The position numbers were made by a program, and so were the translations under genes. Source: an uncultured Sphingobacteriales bacterium (GTDB taxonomy: Bacteria > Bacteroidota > Bacteroidia > CAILMK01 > CAYYUA01). From it: 64,000 bases of DNA. This document shows, piece by piece, positions 9,893 through 20,605 of this stretch. The notes under the pieces were generated by a model that ran no database searches, was not told the origin of the DNA, and worked only from the letters and a program-made list of their open reading frames with translations. The number at the start of each line of letters is the position of its first letter. Within the stretch, counting starts at the first letter, position 1. The stretch is from contig CAZLQF010000003.1 in assembly GCA_964561545.1 (NCBI GenBank), positions 74,775 to 138,774 on the forward strand, in the 5' to 3' direction.

Positions 9893-11788
9893 ATGCAAAT
9901 ATACAAGTCACTTTCAAAGTTGTTTTTAATTGCCTGTTTTCCATTAGCCACCACGGCTCAGGATATTTCTATTCCAAAAGTTCATTCCAACATATTTCGT
10001 TCCAAAGAAGGCCAACTTTATTATGAAAAACCGGATGGAACCAAATGCCCTATGATTGAGTCTAAATCAGAATATACCCTCAAGCAAATGCGTGGAGGAA
10101 TTAAGGGAACATCCAAAGGCATCGAATTCAATTTTGACCAATATACCTTAGAAGGTAAGTTGTATTATGGTTTTATTGACCATGAGGATGCCCGTCATCC
10201 CTTACCGGTCTATTTCAAAGAATATGCAGCAATAAGAGAGGGAAGGGCATTTATACCCGTGAAGGAAGCTTTGAGTGGTGAGTATGATATGGTTAATTGG
10301 CAAGAAAGCGGACAAGGGACTTTGGGCTACCGCGTTACCACTAAGTCGGGCAAAATGCTTTACGATGGCAAGTTTACCTTTCAATACGATGATGGCTTTA
10401 AAGTTGATACCAGCGTGATCGAGGGGCCATTTGTAAATAAAATTCAACCTGATGGTGCTGTTATATCATTTCAAACCAATGAACCCATCAAAGCCAAAAT
10501 TGTCATTGAAGATCGCACATTTAGGGCTGCCCAAGCTTCTAAAAACCATGAAATCCAGGTTAAAAACTTAAAACCTAATACCAAATATGTATACCAGGTT
10601 ATCTGTGGCGACCTAACCAGATCTTATGAACTAAGAACGGCTCTCCGGGAAGGATCTGATGAAGCATTTACATTTGCTTATGCCAGTGACAGTAGACATG
10701 GCAAAGGAGGTGGAGAGCGGCATATTCACGGAGTCAATGCCTATATTATGAAACGGATATTTGCTGCTGCTTCTCATCACGATGCCCGATTCATGCAATT
10801 TACAGGGGATTTAATCGATGGTTACCTTAATCATCCGGATGAAATGAAACTTCAATATGCCAATTGGAAAAGGGCAGTGGAGCCTTATGCCCATTATTTA
10901 CCCTTTTACGCAAGCTTTGGTAATCATGAAGCCCTCACGACCGTATTTAATGATGGTAGCAAATATGGGGTTTCCGTAGACCGGTTTCCTTATGATTCGG
11001 GATCAGCTGAAAAAGTTTTTGCAGAGATGTTCGTCAATCCTGAAAATGGACCTTTAAGCGAAGATGGAGCTTCTTATGATCCGGAGCCAGGAGCAAGGAA
11101 TTTCCCTTCCTATAAAGAAAATGCGTTTTACTACACATATGCTAATGTAGCCATTGTTTCATTAAATTCGGATTACTGGTATTCGCCTTCCATACAATAC
11201 AATCCGGAGATCAGTGGCAATCTGCATGGTTACATTATGGATCAGCAACTGTCGTGGTTGAGGGAAACACTCAGCAACCTTGAACAAAACCAAAACATTG
11301 ATCATATACTTGTAACGCAACATACCCCTGCTTTTCCTAATGGTGGCCATGTTGATGATGATATGTGGTACGATGGCAATAATAAGCCAAGGCCTTACGT
11401 CAATGGGGAACAAGTGGAAAAAGGGATTATAGAACGCAGGGATGAATACTTGGATTTGGTCATCAACCAAAGCGATAAAGTTAGAGCCATACTAACTGGT
11501 GATGAGCACAATTACAACAAAATCAAGATTGCGCAGGACATGCCAAGGTACCCTGATGATTACGAGCACGAAAAATTAACCCTGGAAAGGGCTGTTTGGC
11601 AGATCAACAATGGCGCTGCCGGAGCTCCTTATTATGCAAAAGAAAAAACACCCTGGATGGACCACCTTCGCAACTTTAGTACGCAAAATGCGTTGGTGCT
11701 TTTTGATGTAAAAGGAGAAAAACTCTCAATGCGGGTCGTTAATCCAGTTACATTGGAAACTTTTGATCAATTAAAGCTAAAGGAGTAG
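9893..11788 (+). CDS. secreted metallophosphoesterase (purple acid phosphatase-like) with N-terminal beta-sandwich domain
   Basis: Signal peptide. Calcineurin-like motifs (GDLIDG, GNHE, GDEHNYN, VTQHTP). Confidence 0.65.
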   Translation: MQIYKSLSKLFLIACFPLATTAQDISIPKVHSNIFRSKEGQLYYEKPDGTKCPMIESKSEYTLKQMRGGIKGTSKGIEFNFDQYTLEGKLYYGFIDHEDARHPLPVYFKEYAAIREGRAFIPVKEALSGEYDMVNWQESGQGTLGYRVTTKSGKMLYDGKFTFQYDDGFKVDTSVIEGPFVNKIQPDGAVISFQTNEPIKAKIVIEDRTFRAAQASKNHEIQVKNLKPNTKYVYQVICGDLTRSYELRTALREGSDEAFTFAYASDSRHGKGGGERHIHGVNAYIMKRIFAAASHHDARFMQFTGDLIDGYLNHPDEMKLQYANWKRAVEPYAHYLPFYASFGNHEALTTVFNDGSKYGVSVDRFPYDSGSAEKVFAEMFVNPENGPLSEDGASYDPEPGARNFPSYKENAFYYTYANVAIVSLNSDYWYSPSIQYNPEISGNLHGYIMDQQLSWLRETLSNLEQNQNIDHILVTQHTPAFPNGGHVDDDMWYDGNNKPRPYVNGEQVEKGIIERRDEYLDLVINQSDKVRAILTGDEHNYNKIKIAQDMPRYPDDYEHEKLTLERAVWQINNGAAGAPYYAKEKTPWMDHLRNFSTQNALVLFDVKGEKLSMRVVNPVTLETFDQLKLKE

Positions 11789-11820
11789 GTCACGCTGCTA
11801 ACCTGTTTGAAATAAAGGCC

Positions 11821-12771
11821 ATGGATCCCGTAATCAAGCAAACAGATTTTCAATTTCCCGGGCAAACCCAATTTTACAGGGGTAAAGTGCGCGATGTTTA
11901 TGAGATCAATGATGATTATCTTGTGATGATTGCCACTGACCGCATCTCCGCTTTTGATGTTATCCTGCCTCGAGCAATTCCTTACAAGGGGGAGGTTTTG
12001 AATCAATTGGGTGCTCAATTTTTAAATGCTACCGCTGACATTGTCCCCAATTGGTTGATGGAAGTTCCGGATCCGGCTGTTTCTATTGGGTTGAAATGTG
12101 ATCCGATACCGGTCGAAATGGTGGTCCGCGGTTATTTGTGTGGGCATGCCTGGCGGGAATACAAAGCTGGCAAGGAGGCCATTTCAGGCGTGTCTTTACC
12201 AAAAGGAATGCACCAATTTGAACCTTTTCCTGAACCCATTATTACGCCTACTACAAAATCCCAACATGGCCATGATCTGGATATTTCTAAAGAAGGTATC
12301 ATCCATGAAGGATTGGTTGATGAAGTGACTTATGAAAAGCTTGAAACTTATAGCAAGGCATTGTTCCAAAAAGGACAAGAACATGCTCAGCAACAAGGAC
12401 TCATCCTTGCTGATACGAAATACGAATTTGGTATTCATCAAGGTCAAGTTTACCTTATCGATGAAATTCATACGCCTGATTCTTCAAGGTATTTTTACAG
12501 GGAGGGCTTTGATGTAAGCATCAAAAATGACGGAAAACCCCAGCAACTCTCCAAAGAATTTGTACGGGAATGGCTCATGGAACAAGGCTTTCAAGGGCAA
12601 GAAGGACAGCCGATTCCTGAAATGGGTGATGCAATAGTGCATAAAATTATGAATCGCTACCTTGAACTATTTGAAAAAGTTACAGGCTCAGCATTTGAGA
12701 TTTCTGACCGCTCAAGCCTGCAAAATAGACTTCATGAAAATATTTTAGCGTCCTTGAATGCATTGAAGTGA
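11821..12771 (+). CDS. purC: phosphoribosylaminoimidazole-succinocarboxamide synthase (SAICAR synthetase)
   Basis: 316 aa. YRGKVRDVYEI, ATDRISAFDVILP and LADTKYEFG motifs typical of the long-form PurC. Confidence 0.9.
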   Translation: MDPVIKQTDFQFPGQTQFYRGKVRDVYEINDDYLVMIATDRISAFDVILPRAIPYKGEVLNQLGAQFLNATADIVPNWLMEVPDPAVSIGLKCDPIPVEMVVRGYLCGHAWREYKAGKEAISGVSLPKGMHQFEPFPEPIITPTTKSQHGHDLDISKEGIIHEGLVDEVTYEKLETYSKALFQKGQEHAQQQGLILADTKYEFGIHQGQVYLIDEIHTPDSSRYFYREGFDVSIKNDGKPQQLSKEFVREWLMEQGFQGQEGQPIPEMGDAIVHKIMNRYLELFEKVTGSAFEISDRSSLQNRLHENILASLNALK

Positions 12772-12904
12772 ATGTATGATCAACAAAAAGCTAAAATTAG
12801 GGAGTTGGTCCATAATAAGTAGGAAATATTAAGCCCGTGTTTTAACTATTGGGAACTATCTAAAAAAGTGGGTTGAAGCTTTAGCATTAATAACGTGCTC
12901 CTAT

Positions 12905-13636
12905 TTAAAAATTAGGGGAGAGGAGGTAATTGGAGTAAAAGCTGTTAATTTCCTCTACTGCTTCATCTACGGTATCAACAAGCTTAAATAAGAACAGGTC
13001 TTCTTTTTCTATATTATTGGTTTTTTCCAGCATTTGGCCTCGCAACCAATCAATTAAGCCATTCCAAAAGTCCTTGTTCACCATGACAATAGGGAATTTG
13101 CCTATTTTTTTGGTTTGAATGAGGGTAAGGGCTTCAAACAACTCATCAAGGGTGCCAAGTCCTCCAGGCAATACAATAAAGCCTTGGGCATATTTTACAA
13201 ACATTACTTTCCTTACAAAGAAGTAATCGAAGTTGATAAGTTTGTCCGTATCGATGTATTCGTTGGGAACTTGCTCAAATGGTAAATCTATGTTCAATCC
13301 TACCGATTTGCCCCCGCTCATTTTGGCGCCTTTGTTAGCTGCTTCCATTATGCCGGGCCCACCACCTGTTATAATACCATATCCTTCTTTTGTAAGTTTT
13401 TGAGCCATTTTTACAGCCATTTGGTAATAGGTATTTTCTGGCTTGGTTCTGGCAGAACCGAAAATAGAAACACACGGTCCAATTTTATTAAGCTTTTCAA
13501 AACCTTCTACGAATTCACTGACGATTTTAAAAATCTGCCAAGAGGATTCAGCTTTTACTTCAGACCAGTGCTTGTCTTCAAAAGCTTTTCGGATTTTATG
13601 GTCATCTTGTTTTTGCCATGGTTTATTTTCAGCCAT
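12905..13636 (-). CDS. LOG family cytokinin riboside 5'-monophosphate phosphoribohydrolase-like protein (TIGR00730)
   Basis: GGGPGIMEAANKGA and PGGLGTLDELFE motifs. The annotated ORF extends to 13732, but the likely start is the internal Met (MAENKPW) at 13636. Confidence 0.8.
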   Translation of the reverse strand: MAENKPWQKQDDHKIRKAFEDKHWSEVKAESSWQIFKIVSEFVEGFEKLNKIGPCVSIFGSARTKPENTYYQMAVKMAQKLTKEGYGIITGGGPGIMEAANKGAKMSGGKSVGLNIDLPFEQVPNEYIDTDKLINFDYFFVRKVMFVKYAQGFIVLPGGLGTLDELFEALTLIQTKKIGKFPIVMVNKDFWNGLIDWLRGQMLEKTNNIEKEDLFLFKLVDTVDEAVEEINSFYSNYLLSPNF

Positions 13637-13661
13637 AGTTGTTGATCTTTGTTTTAATGAG

Positions 13662-13690
13662 ATAAAAAAAAGCTGCCCCGAAGGGCAGCT
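13662..13690 (-). terminator. intrinsic terminator downstream of the giant T9SS cargo gene
   Basis: GC-rich hairpin AGCTGCCC-CGAA-GGGCAGCT (13671..13690), followed on the minus strand by a run of 7-8 T. Lies 49 bp after the stop codon at 13739. Confidence 0.7.
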
Positions 13691-13738
13691 TTGCGAAAGT
13701 AAGTGCTTGTTATCAAATGAACAATCAATCAATCATAT

Positions 13739-16700
13739 CTATTCGATACTAATTAACATTTGTTGTTCAGATTGTTCGTCAATCCATAGTTTAAGAATGA
13801 ATACACCAGAGGAATAACCATGCTTGGCGGGGTCGAACTCAATCTGATGTTTACCTGCCGCTTGCTCTTCATCTATTAGGGTTGATACGGTTCTACCTGT
13901 TTGATCCACTACTTGCATTTTAACTGTTTTAGCATTGGGAAGCTCGTAATCAATGTTAATGGCCTGTTTAAAAGGATTGGGATAAGTTGCTAAATCAATT
14001 GAATTAGCAAGCTGTTGATCAATACTTGTTGCAATATCTACCGTGTCTGTTGATTGACTTGAACAACCTGCATCAGTTTCAACACTGAGGGTTATTGGGT
14101 ATTGCCCGCTGTTATCATAAGTATGAACGGGATTGACCTCAAATGAAGATGATCCATCACCAAAATTCCATTCGTAAGATGCATAGGTATTGTTGGCTGT
14201 ATTCATCACTACCTGGCTACCATTTTTATCAATGCTGAAATTGCTATTGGGGGTTTCATTCACCGTTACCATTTTGGTAGCAGTATCCGTGCAATTGTTA
14301 TTTGATTCGGTTGTTACTAATGAAATATCCAAATCACCGGTATTATTAAATGTAACGTCAGGGTTTTCATCTGTGGAAGTTTGACCGTTATCGAAATCCC
14401 AATCATAGCTTAAACTTCCAGCGCCTCCTTGCGATGAATTGGTAAAGGTTACAGCCTCATCCGTACAAATTAATTGAGGTGTTTGGAAATTAGCACTCGG
14501 AGATTCTGTAATATTTAGGTTTTGGCTAATGGTATCAGCACAGCTAAACGTTGGGGATTTTGCGATGTATTGCACATTGTAATTGCCTGAACTTGTGAAT
14601 TCATGCTTGGGGTTGGGTTGGTTGCTAAAAGCTCCATCCCCAAAATCCCAGGTGTGAGCAAGGCTGTCTCCACTGTAGTTGACCTGGGTATTGAAATTGA
14701 TTAATTGATTGCTGCAATCTCCATCATTAGAAAGATTAACAATTTCCGGATCGGCATGTATGGTTAAACTTTGGGATTTAGAATCTGTACAATTCGTAGA
14801 ATCAGTAGTTGTTGTTAATGTTACTGTGTAATCATTAGCTGTGCTGTAAGTAATCGAAGTATCTTTAGCGTCAGCAGTCGTATTGCCTAAATCCCAGTTG
14901 TAATTCAAAGATTCGTTGCCTTGATACTGGCTATTGTCATTGAACTGAATTGTACTTCCCTGACAGGCATCATTGGGTGCGGTAAAGTTAGCACTTGGCT
15001 TTTTACCGACAAGAATAGACTTGGTAAGAGAATTTTGACAAGCTGATTGTGACGGAATAGCATTCAATTGTACTTGATATTCACCTGCTACAGCGTATGT
15101 ATTTGATGCATTGGGTTGGTTGTCTGTAGTACCATCACCAAAGGACCAGTTATAATTTACGGATCCCGATCCTGTAAATGAGGTTGCATTGTTAAATTGT
15201 ACCGGGTTACTTTCACAAATAGAAGTATTGCCAACAATAAAATCTACTTGTGGCGTAGCATCCACTGAAATCTGTTTGGTTTGAGTGGCTATACAGCCAC
15301 TATCAGTAGCAACGGATAATGCCACATTGAAATTACCTGACGAGGAATAAGCATAATTGGGATCCTTTACTACTGAAGCATCCCCATTACCAAAGTTCCA
15401 CTCATAATTGGGTGATAATCCTTGATTGGTTGTTTGGTCGATGAAGTTCAGGGTATCACCTTGACAATATTGACTGCCAAGGATTGTAAAATCAGTGTTG
15501 GGGGTAGGATCAACGCCTACGGTTTTAGTAATGCTGTTAGAACATCCTTTGTTCGATGTTGCTGTAAGGGTAACATCGCGATTTGTAGCTGTATTGTAGG
15601 TCTGTGTGCCGTTAATATCCGTTGATGTTTGGCCATTGCCAAAATTCCATTGATAACTCAGTGAGCCGGTAGATATGGAAGAATTATTATTGAATGTAAT
15701 GGATTGATTTTGACAAGTTGTATCAAAGGCAAAATCAACCTGTGGTTTGGGAGCTATTTGAACGTTCTTGGTAGCCGTGTCTGCGCCGCAGCCTTGTTTA
15801 GAAGTGAGTACCAATTCCACATCGTAATTGCCACTTTGCCCGTAGGTATGAACCGGGCTTCGATTAGAAGCAGTATTTCCATCCCCGAAATCCCAGCTTG
15901 AAGTGGACATTTGGCTGGATAAATTACTGTTGTTATTGAATTGAAGGTTAACCGGGCAACTGTCGGCAAGGGCAAAATTAGCCTGAGGGCCGGGTTCTAT
16001 GTATAAGTAGTTGGTAAAACTGGTATCACAAGCACTCAATAAATTGACTTTGACGGAGATTTCAAAAAGGTTGTTGCCTTCGCTTGGAGAAGCAACATAC
16101 ATCAGTTGCGCATCGGCATTGGTGGTAGCGGGCGTAAAATTGGTGTCCTGGGCACCGCTTCCTGCCATTGTTTCGAATTGGATTTCTGAAATCTCCCATT
16201 TATTTCCATATTCACTGTTTGAAAAATTGCCAGGAGCAGGGAATTTGTAAGTCATGGTATCGCCAACACAAGCCGAATCGGGGTTGGCCATGGTTTGATT
16301 GCCGCTCACACCATTAAATGGGCTGCCTTCCATAAAGCTTGTAGTAGCATCTCTGGAAATGGCGTTAGCACTTACACGAGAACTTGTACAAACTTCCGGA
16401 TAATTGAACTGTGGATTGGGTGCCCCTACATTGGGGTTCCCACAAGTAAAATTCGAAGCATCATTGTCATCGAGGCTTCCCGTTCTTATCACATTAGATC
16501 CGATATTGCAAGCATTGGTGCCGCCACCGCTCCATTGATTATTGAGGGAAATATTGAAACCATTGATGGTTGGATTAAAGTTTTGAAGATTAGATTGAGA
16601 CCAGCCCCAAGCAACAAAATCCACCACTTCGCCTTGGTCATCTATGATGATGGCCCAACCTGGTACATTGGGGTCCCATACAATATTAGACCCCCATGGA

Positions 16701-19126
16701 TTGGGCCCACCTGCATCAGTTCTGTACAACAATTGATCTTTTGAAATATTGCCAAGGTTCCATAAAGTTGGGTTGACTTGATTAATGTCCGTAGCACTGT
16801 TACTTACAGCGACCACCCAACCACTGGCGTCTACTGCATCGTCTGAGACATTTTGAATTTCTATTGAGTCATCTAAGCCCAATGCGTTCTCGGTGATCAA
16901 TAAAGTCTTTTTGGGGCTTGAAGCGGCTTCTACATAAAAGGTGGTATCTTGGTTAAAAGCACTGGTTGTATAAGTATTGCCGGAGTTAGCGATAAAGTTT
17001 CCTCCTGTTGCACTGTCATACCAATGATAGAAGGATGTGTTGGATGAAGTTGTGAATTTGGGTGCTTTACCTTTACAGAAGGTATCATTATTAACCGTAG
17101 GTACTTGGGGTGTAAAAGGAACAAAGATCCCTGTGGAAAAGGTGTCATTGCTGAGGTTATTGTCTTCTTGAAGGCTGGTCCAGGTTTTAAAATTATAGTT
17201 GCTACCACCTTGAGAAAGGTCAATAGAATTATTAAACGTATAATTGATGGTGTCTCCGGGACTAAAAGGCGAATTAAGCATGTAGGATTCACTGACTGAA
17301 GTATTGCTACCCAATTGATAACCCACCGGCACCATTGTATTAGCAGGTATGGTTAGGTTACCCTTGTTTTCAAAAACAACTTTCACAGATTCATTGCTCG
17401 TTAAACCGCAAGTTGATTCAGGCTTAAGCAATTGGCTGATGCCTACATCACCAATTTCAGTAGTAAAGCTATCAACCGCGCAATTAGTGGCTTTACCCAC
17501 ACTGTTGAAAGGCACTACATTCCAATAATAGGTGGTATTCAGGGATAAATTTGAATTTGTAAGTGAATATTGAAAAGTAGTAAATGTATCTACCAAAGCT
17601 GCTTGACTTTGATTCTGTACATTGGTGAAGTTGCTATCCAAATACAACAAAAAGCCGTTTGCACTTCCTCCTGATATACCTGTATTAGTAGACCAATTCA
17701 ATGTAGAATCGACAAGGACGCCATTTGCATCAGCTGGAGGATATGATTTTATAGCACACAATGGGGGGCTGGTAGATTTGTATTGAATCTCAACGGCAAA
17801 ACGGAAGGGATTTGCCGGTGCAAAATCAAACCAATTTGGACTTCCTGATGGTGAGGTGAAGAAATAAGCTCCTTGCCTTGGCGGATTTTCATTCTGAAAT
17901 TTAAAAGTAACATTATTGGTGCCAACTTGCCTAACGCCAACAAAGAAATCACCACTTACCTGAACTGCGGAATCTAATTGAATCAGGGCTTGCCCGGCTA
18001 CTGTTTGTAAAGTATCCGTTTCGTAAAGCAAGGCACCGGGTGTTGCTTGAGCAGTCGCATCCCAAACACCAATTTGATAATCAAGGCCAGCATTATCAAA
18101 ATTGACATTAACCTGAATGATACTGTCGGCCGTTGGAGTATTGAAATTTGCTACAAAGTCGCCAGTAGCACCATTAAATCCTACTCCTCCCGGGCTCAAA
18201 GGTTGAGCAGGATACACATAAGATTCATTGTTATTGGTTACCTCCTGAACCACTGAAATAGCGTTATTGGTATTGTTAGAATCGTTTGGTACTGAAACCG
18301 TAACGGTATCTGTGCCTAAATTCGTTGGTGTAAAACTGGGATTGGTAAAGGTTACTGTGAAAATATCTCCAGAATTAAAAGTAGGAATATTTACGGTGCT
18401 TGTAAAATTATTTGCCCCAGTTATGTCAAGAGTTACAGGCACATTGGATTGGGATACACCATTGTTCACAACCCTTGCCTGTACTTCATGATCATTGTTG
18501 ACTCTGATTTTACCAAGGGTATAGTTATTGGTAACAGCTAAATCAGGTTTTAAAGTATCGTAAAGAAAATCATCAATGAATACCTCAAATGCACCAACTT
18601 GTAAATGGCGAAGGGCTATGTGTTCATTGTTACCAATCAAACTTGTATTGGTAAGGGGAACCGTGAACTCCTGAAAGCTCCCGTTTGGCGGATTGACTGT
18701 ATCTATAGGGATATAGCCTGCTATATTTGAAGTATCGGGCATAACCCCAACTTCTATTAGTTCATCACCGCTTGCATCTTCATCACTGGCTTTAAAAGTG
18801 ACAGATTTACCACCATTAGGTAGATCCGTAAATTTAGGCGAGATCAAAAAGGTTTGGTTGGCATCATTCAACTCTATAAGGTTAGGTGTTGTTGGGGGTG
18901 CTATTCCGGCATCATTGGTATTTACGGTCCTCGTACCAGAAGTTTCTACACCTCCATTCTGAACTATGTTCCAGCATGGACTAAGCGAAGGAGCTGTTAC
19001 ACTGTCGAATCCATGGCTATAGGGATAAGTATTACCGGAACAAGTGGTTTGCGCTTCAAGATTGAAAGCTAATAAACTTGAAACCACAAAAATCACTAAC
19101 GCTTGGGTAAAATTTTTAAATTCCAT
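13739..19126 (-). CDS. giant secreted cell-surface protein with about 8 PKD repeats, a lamin-tail-like domain, and a T9SS type A C-terminal sorting domain
   Basis: 1795 aa with an N-terminal signal peptide. Repeated W[DN]FG[DN]G ... YxxSGxYxVxL units (PKD). An LLITEN...IEIQNVSD...VDASGW segment (lamin-tail-like). C-terminal ~80 aa (YPNPFKQAINIDYELP...GVFILKL) match the Por secretion sorting domain (type A CTD). Confidence 0.85.
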   Translation of the reverse strand: MEFKNFTQALVIFVVSSLLAFNLEAQTTCSGNTYPYSHGFDSVTAPSLSPCWNIVQNGGVETSGTRTVNTNDAGIAPPTTPNLIELNDANQTFLISPKFTDLPNGGKSVTFKASDEDASGDELIEVGVMPDTSNIAGYIPIDTVNPPNGSFQEFTVPLTNTSLIGNNEHIALRHLQVGAFEVFIDDFLYDTLKPDLAVTNNYTLGKIRVNNDHEVQARVVNNGVSQSNVPVTLDITGANNFTSTVNIPTFNSGDIFTVTFTNPSFTPTNLGTDTVTVSVPNDSNNTNNAISVVQEVTNNNESYVYPAQPLSPGGVGFNGATGDFVANFNTPTADSIIQVNVNFDNAGLDYQIGVWDATAQATPGALLYETDTLQTVAGQALIQLDSAVQVSGDFFVGVRQVGTNNVTFKFQNENPPRQGAYFFTSPSGSPNWFDFAPANPFRFAVEIQYKSTSPPLCAIKSYPPADANGVLVDSTLNWSTNTGISGGSANGFLLYLDSNFTNVQNQSQAALVDTFTTFQYSLTNSNLSLNTTYYWNVVPFNSVGKATNCAVDSFTTEIGDVGISQLLKPESTCGLTSNESVKVVFENKGNLTIPANTMVPVGYQLGSNTSVSESYMLNSPFSPGDTINYTFNNSIDLSQGGSNYNFKTWTSLQEDNNLSNDTFSTGIFVPFTPQVPTVNNDTFCKGKAPKFTTSSNTSFYHWYDSATGGNFIANSGNTYTTSAFNQDTTFYVEAASSPKKTLLITENALGLDDSIEIQNVSDDAVDASGWVVAVSNSATDINQVNPTLWNLGNISKDQLLYRTDAGGPNPWGSNIVWDPNVPGWAIIIDDQGEVVDFVAWGWSQSNLQNFNPTINGFNISLNNQWSGGGTNACNIGSNVIRTGSLDDNDASNFTCGNPNVGAPNPQFNYPEVCTSSRVSANAISRDATTSFMEGSPFNGVSGNQTMANPDSACVGDTMTYKFPAPGNFSNSEYGNKWEISEIQFETMAGSGAQDTNFTPATTNADAQLMYVASPSEGNNLFEISVKVNLLSACDTSFTNYLYIEPGPQANFALADSCPVNLQFNNNSNLSSQMSTSSWDFGDGNTASNRSPVHTYGQSGNYDVELVLTSKQGCGADTATKNVQIAPKPQVDFAFDTTCQNQSITFNNNSSISTGSLSYQWNFGNGQTSTDINGTQTYNTATNRDVTLTATSNKGCSNSITKTVGVDPTPNTDFTILGSQYCQGDTLNFIDQTTNQGLSPNYEWNFGNGDASVVKDPNYAYSSSGNFNVALSVATDSGCIATQTKQISVDATPQVDFIVGNTSICESNPVQFNNATSFTGSGSVNYNWSFGDGTTDNQPNASNTYAVAGEYQVQLNAIPSQSACQNSLTKSILVGKKPSANFTAPNDACQGSTIQFNDNSQYQGNESLNYNWDLGNTTADAKDTSITYSTANDYTVTLTTTTDSTNCTDSKSQSLTIHADPEIVNLSNDGDCSNQLINFNTQVNYSGDSLAHTWDFGDGAFSNQPNPKHEFTSSGNYNVQYIAKSPTFSCADTISQNLNITESPSANFQTPQLICTDEAVTFTNSSQGGAGSLSYDWDFDNGQTSTDENPDVTFNNTGDLDISLVTTESNNNCTDTATKMVTVNETPNSNFSIDKNGSQVVMNTANNTYASYEWNFGDGSSSFEVNPVHTYDNSGQYPITLSVETDAGCSSQSTDTVDIATSIDQQLANSIDLATYPNPFKQAINIDYELPNAKTVKMQVVDQTGRTVSTLIDEEQAAGKHQIEFDPAKHGYSSGVFILKLWIDEQSEQQMLISIE

Positions 19127-19279
19127 AAATATTTTTTTTAAGTATTAAGTTGATTGCTATAATAGGTGTTTTATTTAACTTAAATGGACGAAATTATCTT
19201 TTTATTAGTTGTATTGACGGAGCTAAATTAATAAAAAAACAGCATTTGTAATTAAGATTGTTTTTATTGGTAATGAACT

Positions 19280-19669
19280 TTACTGAATAAAGCGAATGGT
19301 TAACGGATACCGGTAAGGGATGCCATCGTTGGCTTTGATGCAAGCTACGATCATGAATGCAAAATAAAGGATGGTTATAATACCTGTTAAAGGAAGGGTA
19401 AAAATCATAGCAAATGGGTGGGCCGGGAAAGCAACTGTTAATCCTAAGGCAACTATAACAATGACGTAAATAAATACACTGATCTGAAAATTAAGGGATT
19501 CTTTACCCTGATCATCTACCAAGGGATGTTCATCTTTTTTTACCATCCAGATGATGAGCGGGCCAATGAAGTTACCAAAAGGAACAATAAAGCCGGCAAA
19601 GCCCAATAGATGACATAACATGGCCAATGTATTAGCTTGTCGGTTGTTGTTGGTAATGTTTTGATCCAT
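19280..19669 (-). CDS. small 3-4 TM membrane protein (DUF4870-like)
   Basis: 129 aa, hydrophobic helices. The LCHLLGF...GPLIIWMVKKD pattern resembles DUF4870. Lies 195 bp downstream of dprE2-like on the same strand. Confidence 0.5.
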   Translation of the reverse strand: MDQNITNNNRQANTLAMLCHLLGFAGFIVPFGNFIGPLIIWMVKKDEHPLVDDQGKESLNFQISVFIYVIVIVALGLTVAFPAHPFAMIFTLPLTGIITILYFAFMIVACIKANDGIPYRYPLTIRFIQ

Positions 19670-19864
19670 AATTAATTTTAATGACGTAAAGGTACAAGTT
19701 TTTAAGCTTAATTAAGTGAAGATGATGAAATAATTAAAGAGAATTGAAATACTAAAACGATCATCATGGTCTTGTAATCAATTAAGGAAAAGGCTTTTAC
19801 AGGGGGATTTAAAAATTAAGTCAGGATTGAAGGCATCACTTAACTTAAAGGCACCTAAAGCGTT

Positions 19865-20605
19865 TTATAATTTCATTTTTTTAAAGATGTTTTCCGGAAT
19901 CAATTTGATGATCAGCATGATGTAGCGCCAATACCATTTAGTATAAAGATGGTTTCGCTTTTTTTGTTGCGCTTTGTAAGTATCTTTGGCTACTTGTTCA
20001 GGGGTAGCTGTTATAACAGGTGGTAAATCTTTGCCCTCGGTCATTTTGGTTCTCACAAATCCTGGCTTAACCGTTAATACATGGACGCCTTTTTTAGCCA
20101 TTCGGTTTCTTAGGCCTGAAAGGTAGGCGGAAAAGCCTGCCTTAGAACTGCCGTAAAAATAATTACTCTGGCGTCCGCGATCACCTGCTACGGAGCTAAT
20201 ACCAATAATGAATCCGTCACCTTGCCTTTCGAGTTCTTTGGCAGCAAGGTTGAGGATGTTTACGCAAGCATTGTAGTTGGTTTCGATGATTTTACGAGCC
20301 TCCTTAGCATTTTTTTCTGCCTCTTCCTGATTTCCGAGATAGCCGATGGCACTTACAACTCCATAAGGTTTAGGATCAAGGTTGAGGTAAAAGTCAATAT
20401 GACTTTCATAATTAAGGCCATCAAATTCAACGGCCTGGGCCCTTATTTCATAACGGATTTCGAGGTCCTTCACTTCATGCTCCAATCTTGAAGCATTCCT
20501 TGCTGCTAAATACAGGTTGTAACCCTTTGATGCATAGAGCCGATAAATGGCTTGGGCAATGTCCGAGGTAGCGCCTAAAATCAAAATGTATTGTTCGTCA
20601 TTCAT
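19865..20605 (-). CDS. DprE2-like SDR (putative polyprenyl-phospho-2-keto-pentose 2'-reductase)
   Basis: 246 aa. N-terminal ILILGATSDIAQAI glycine motif. The SSVAGDRGRQSNYFYGSSKAG...VLTVKPGFVRTKM core and the C-terminal RYIMLIIKLIPENIFKK tail closely parallel M. tuberculosis DprE2 ([23 protein letters not shown]...VIRPGQVRTRM...RYVMMVLRHIPRSIFRK). Start overlaps the upstream gene stop by 4 bp. Confidence 0.8.
   Translation of the reverse strand: MNDEQYILILGATSDIAQAIYRLYASKGYNLYLAARNASRLEHEVKDLEIRYEIRAQAVEFDGLNYESHIDFYLNLDPKPYGVVSAIGYLGNQEEAEKNAKEARKIIETNYNACVNILNLAAKELERQGDGFIIGISSVAGDRGRQSNYFYGSSKAGFSAYLSGLRNRMAKKGVHVLTVKPGFVRTKMTEGKDLPPVITATPEQVAKDTYKAQQKKRNHLYTKWYWRYIMLIIKLIPENIFKKMKL

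Noticed and set aside
14190-18491. Multiple 60-150 aa ORFs (14190..14384, 15422..15625, 16295..16744, 16930..17292, 18047..18491 and others) on both strands
   Set aside because: All are nested within the 5.4-kb PKD adhesin gene in other frames. They have low-complexity or repeat-derived sequences and no independent coding signal.
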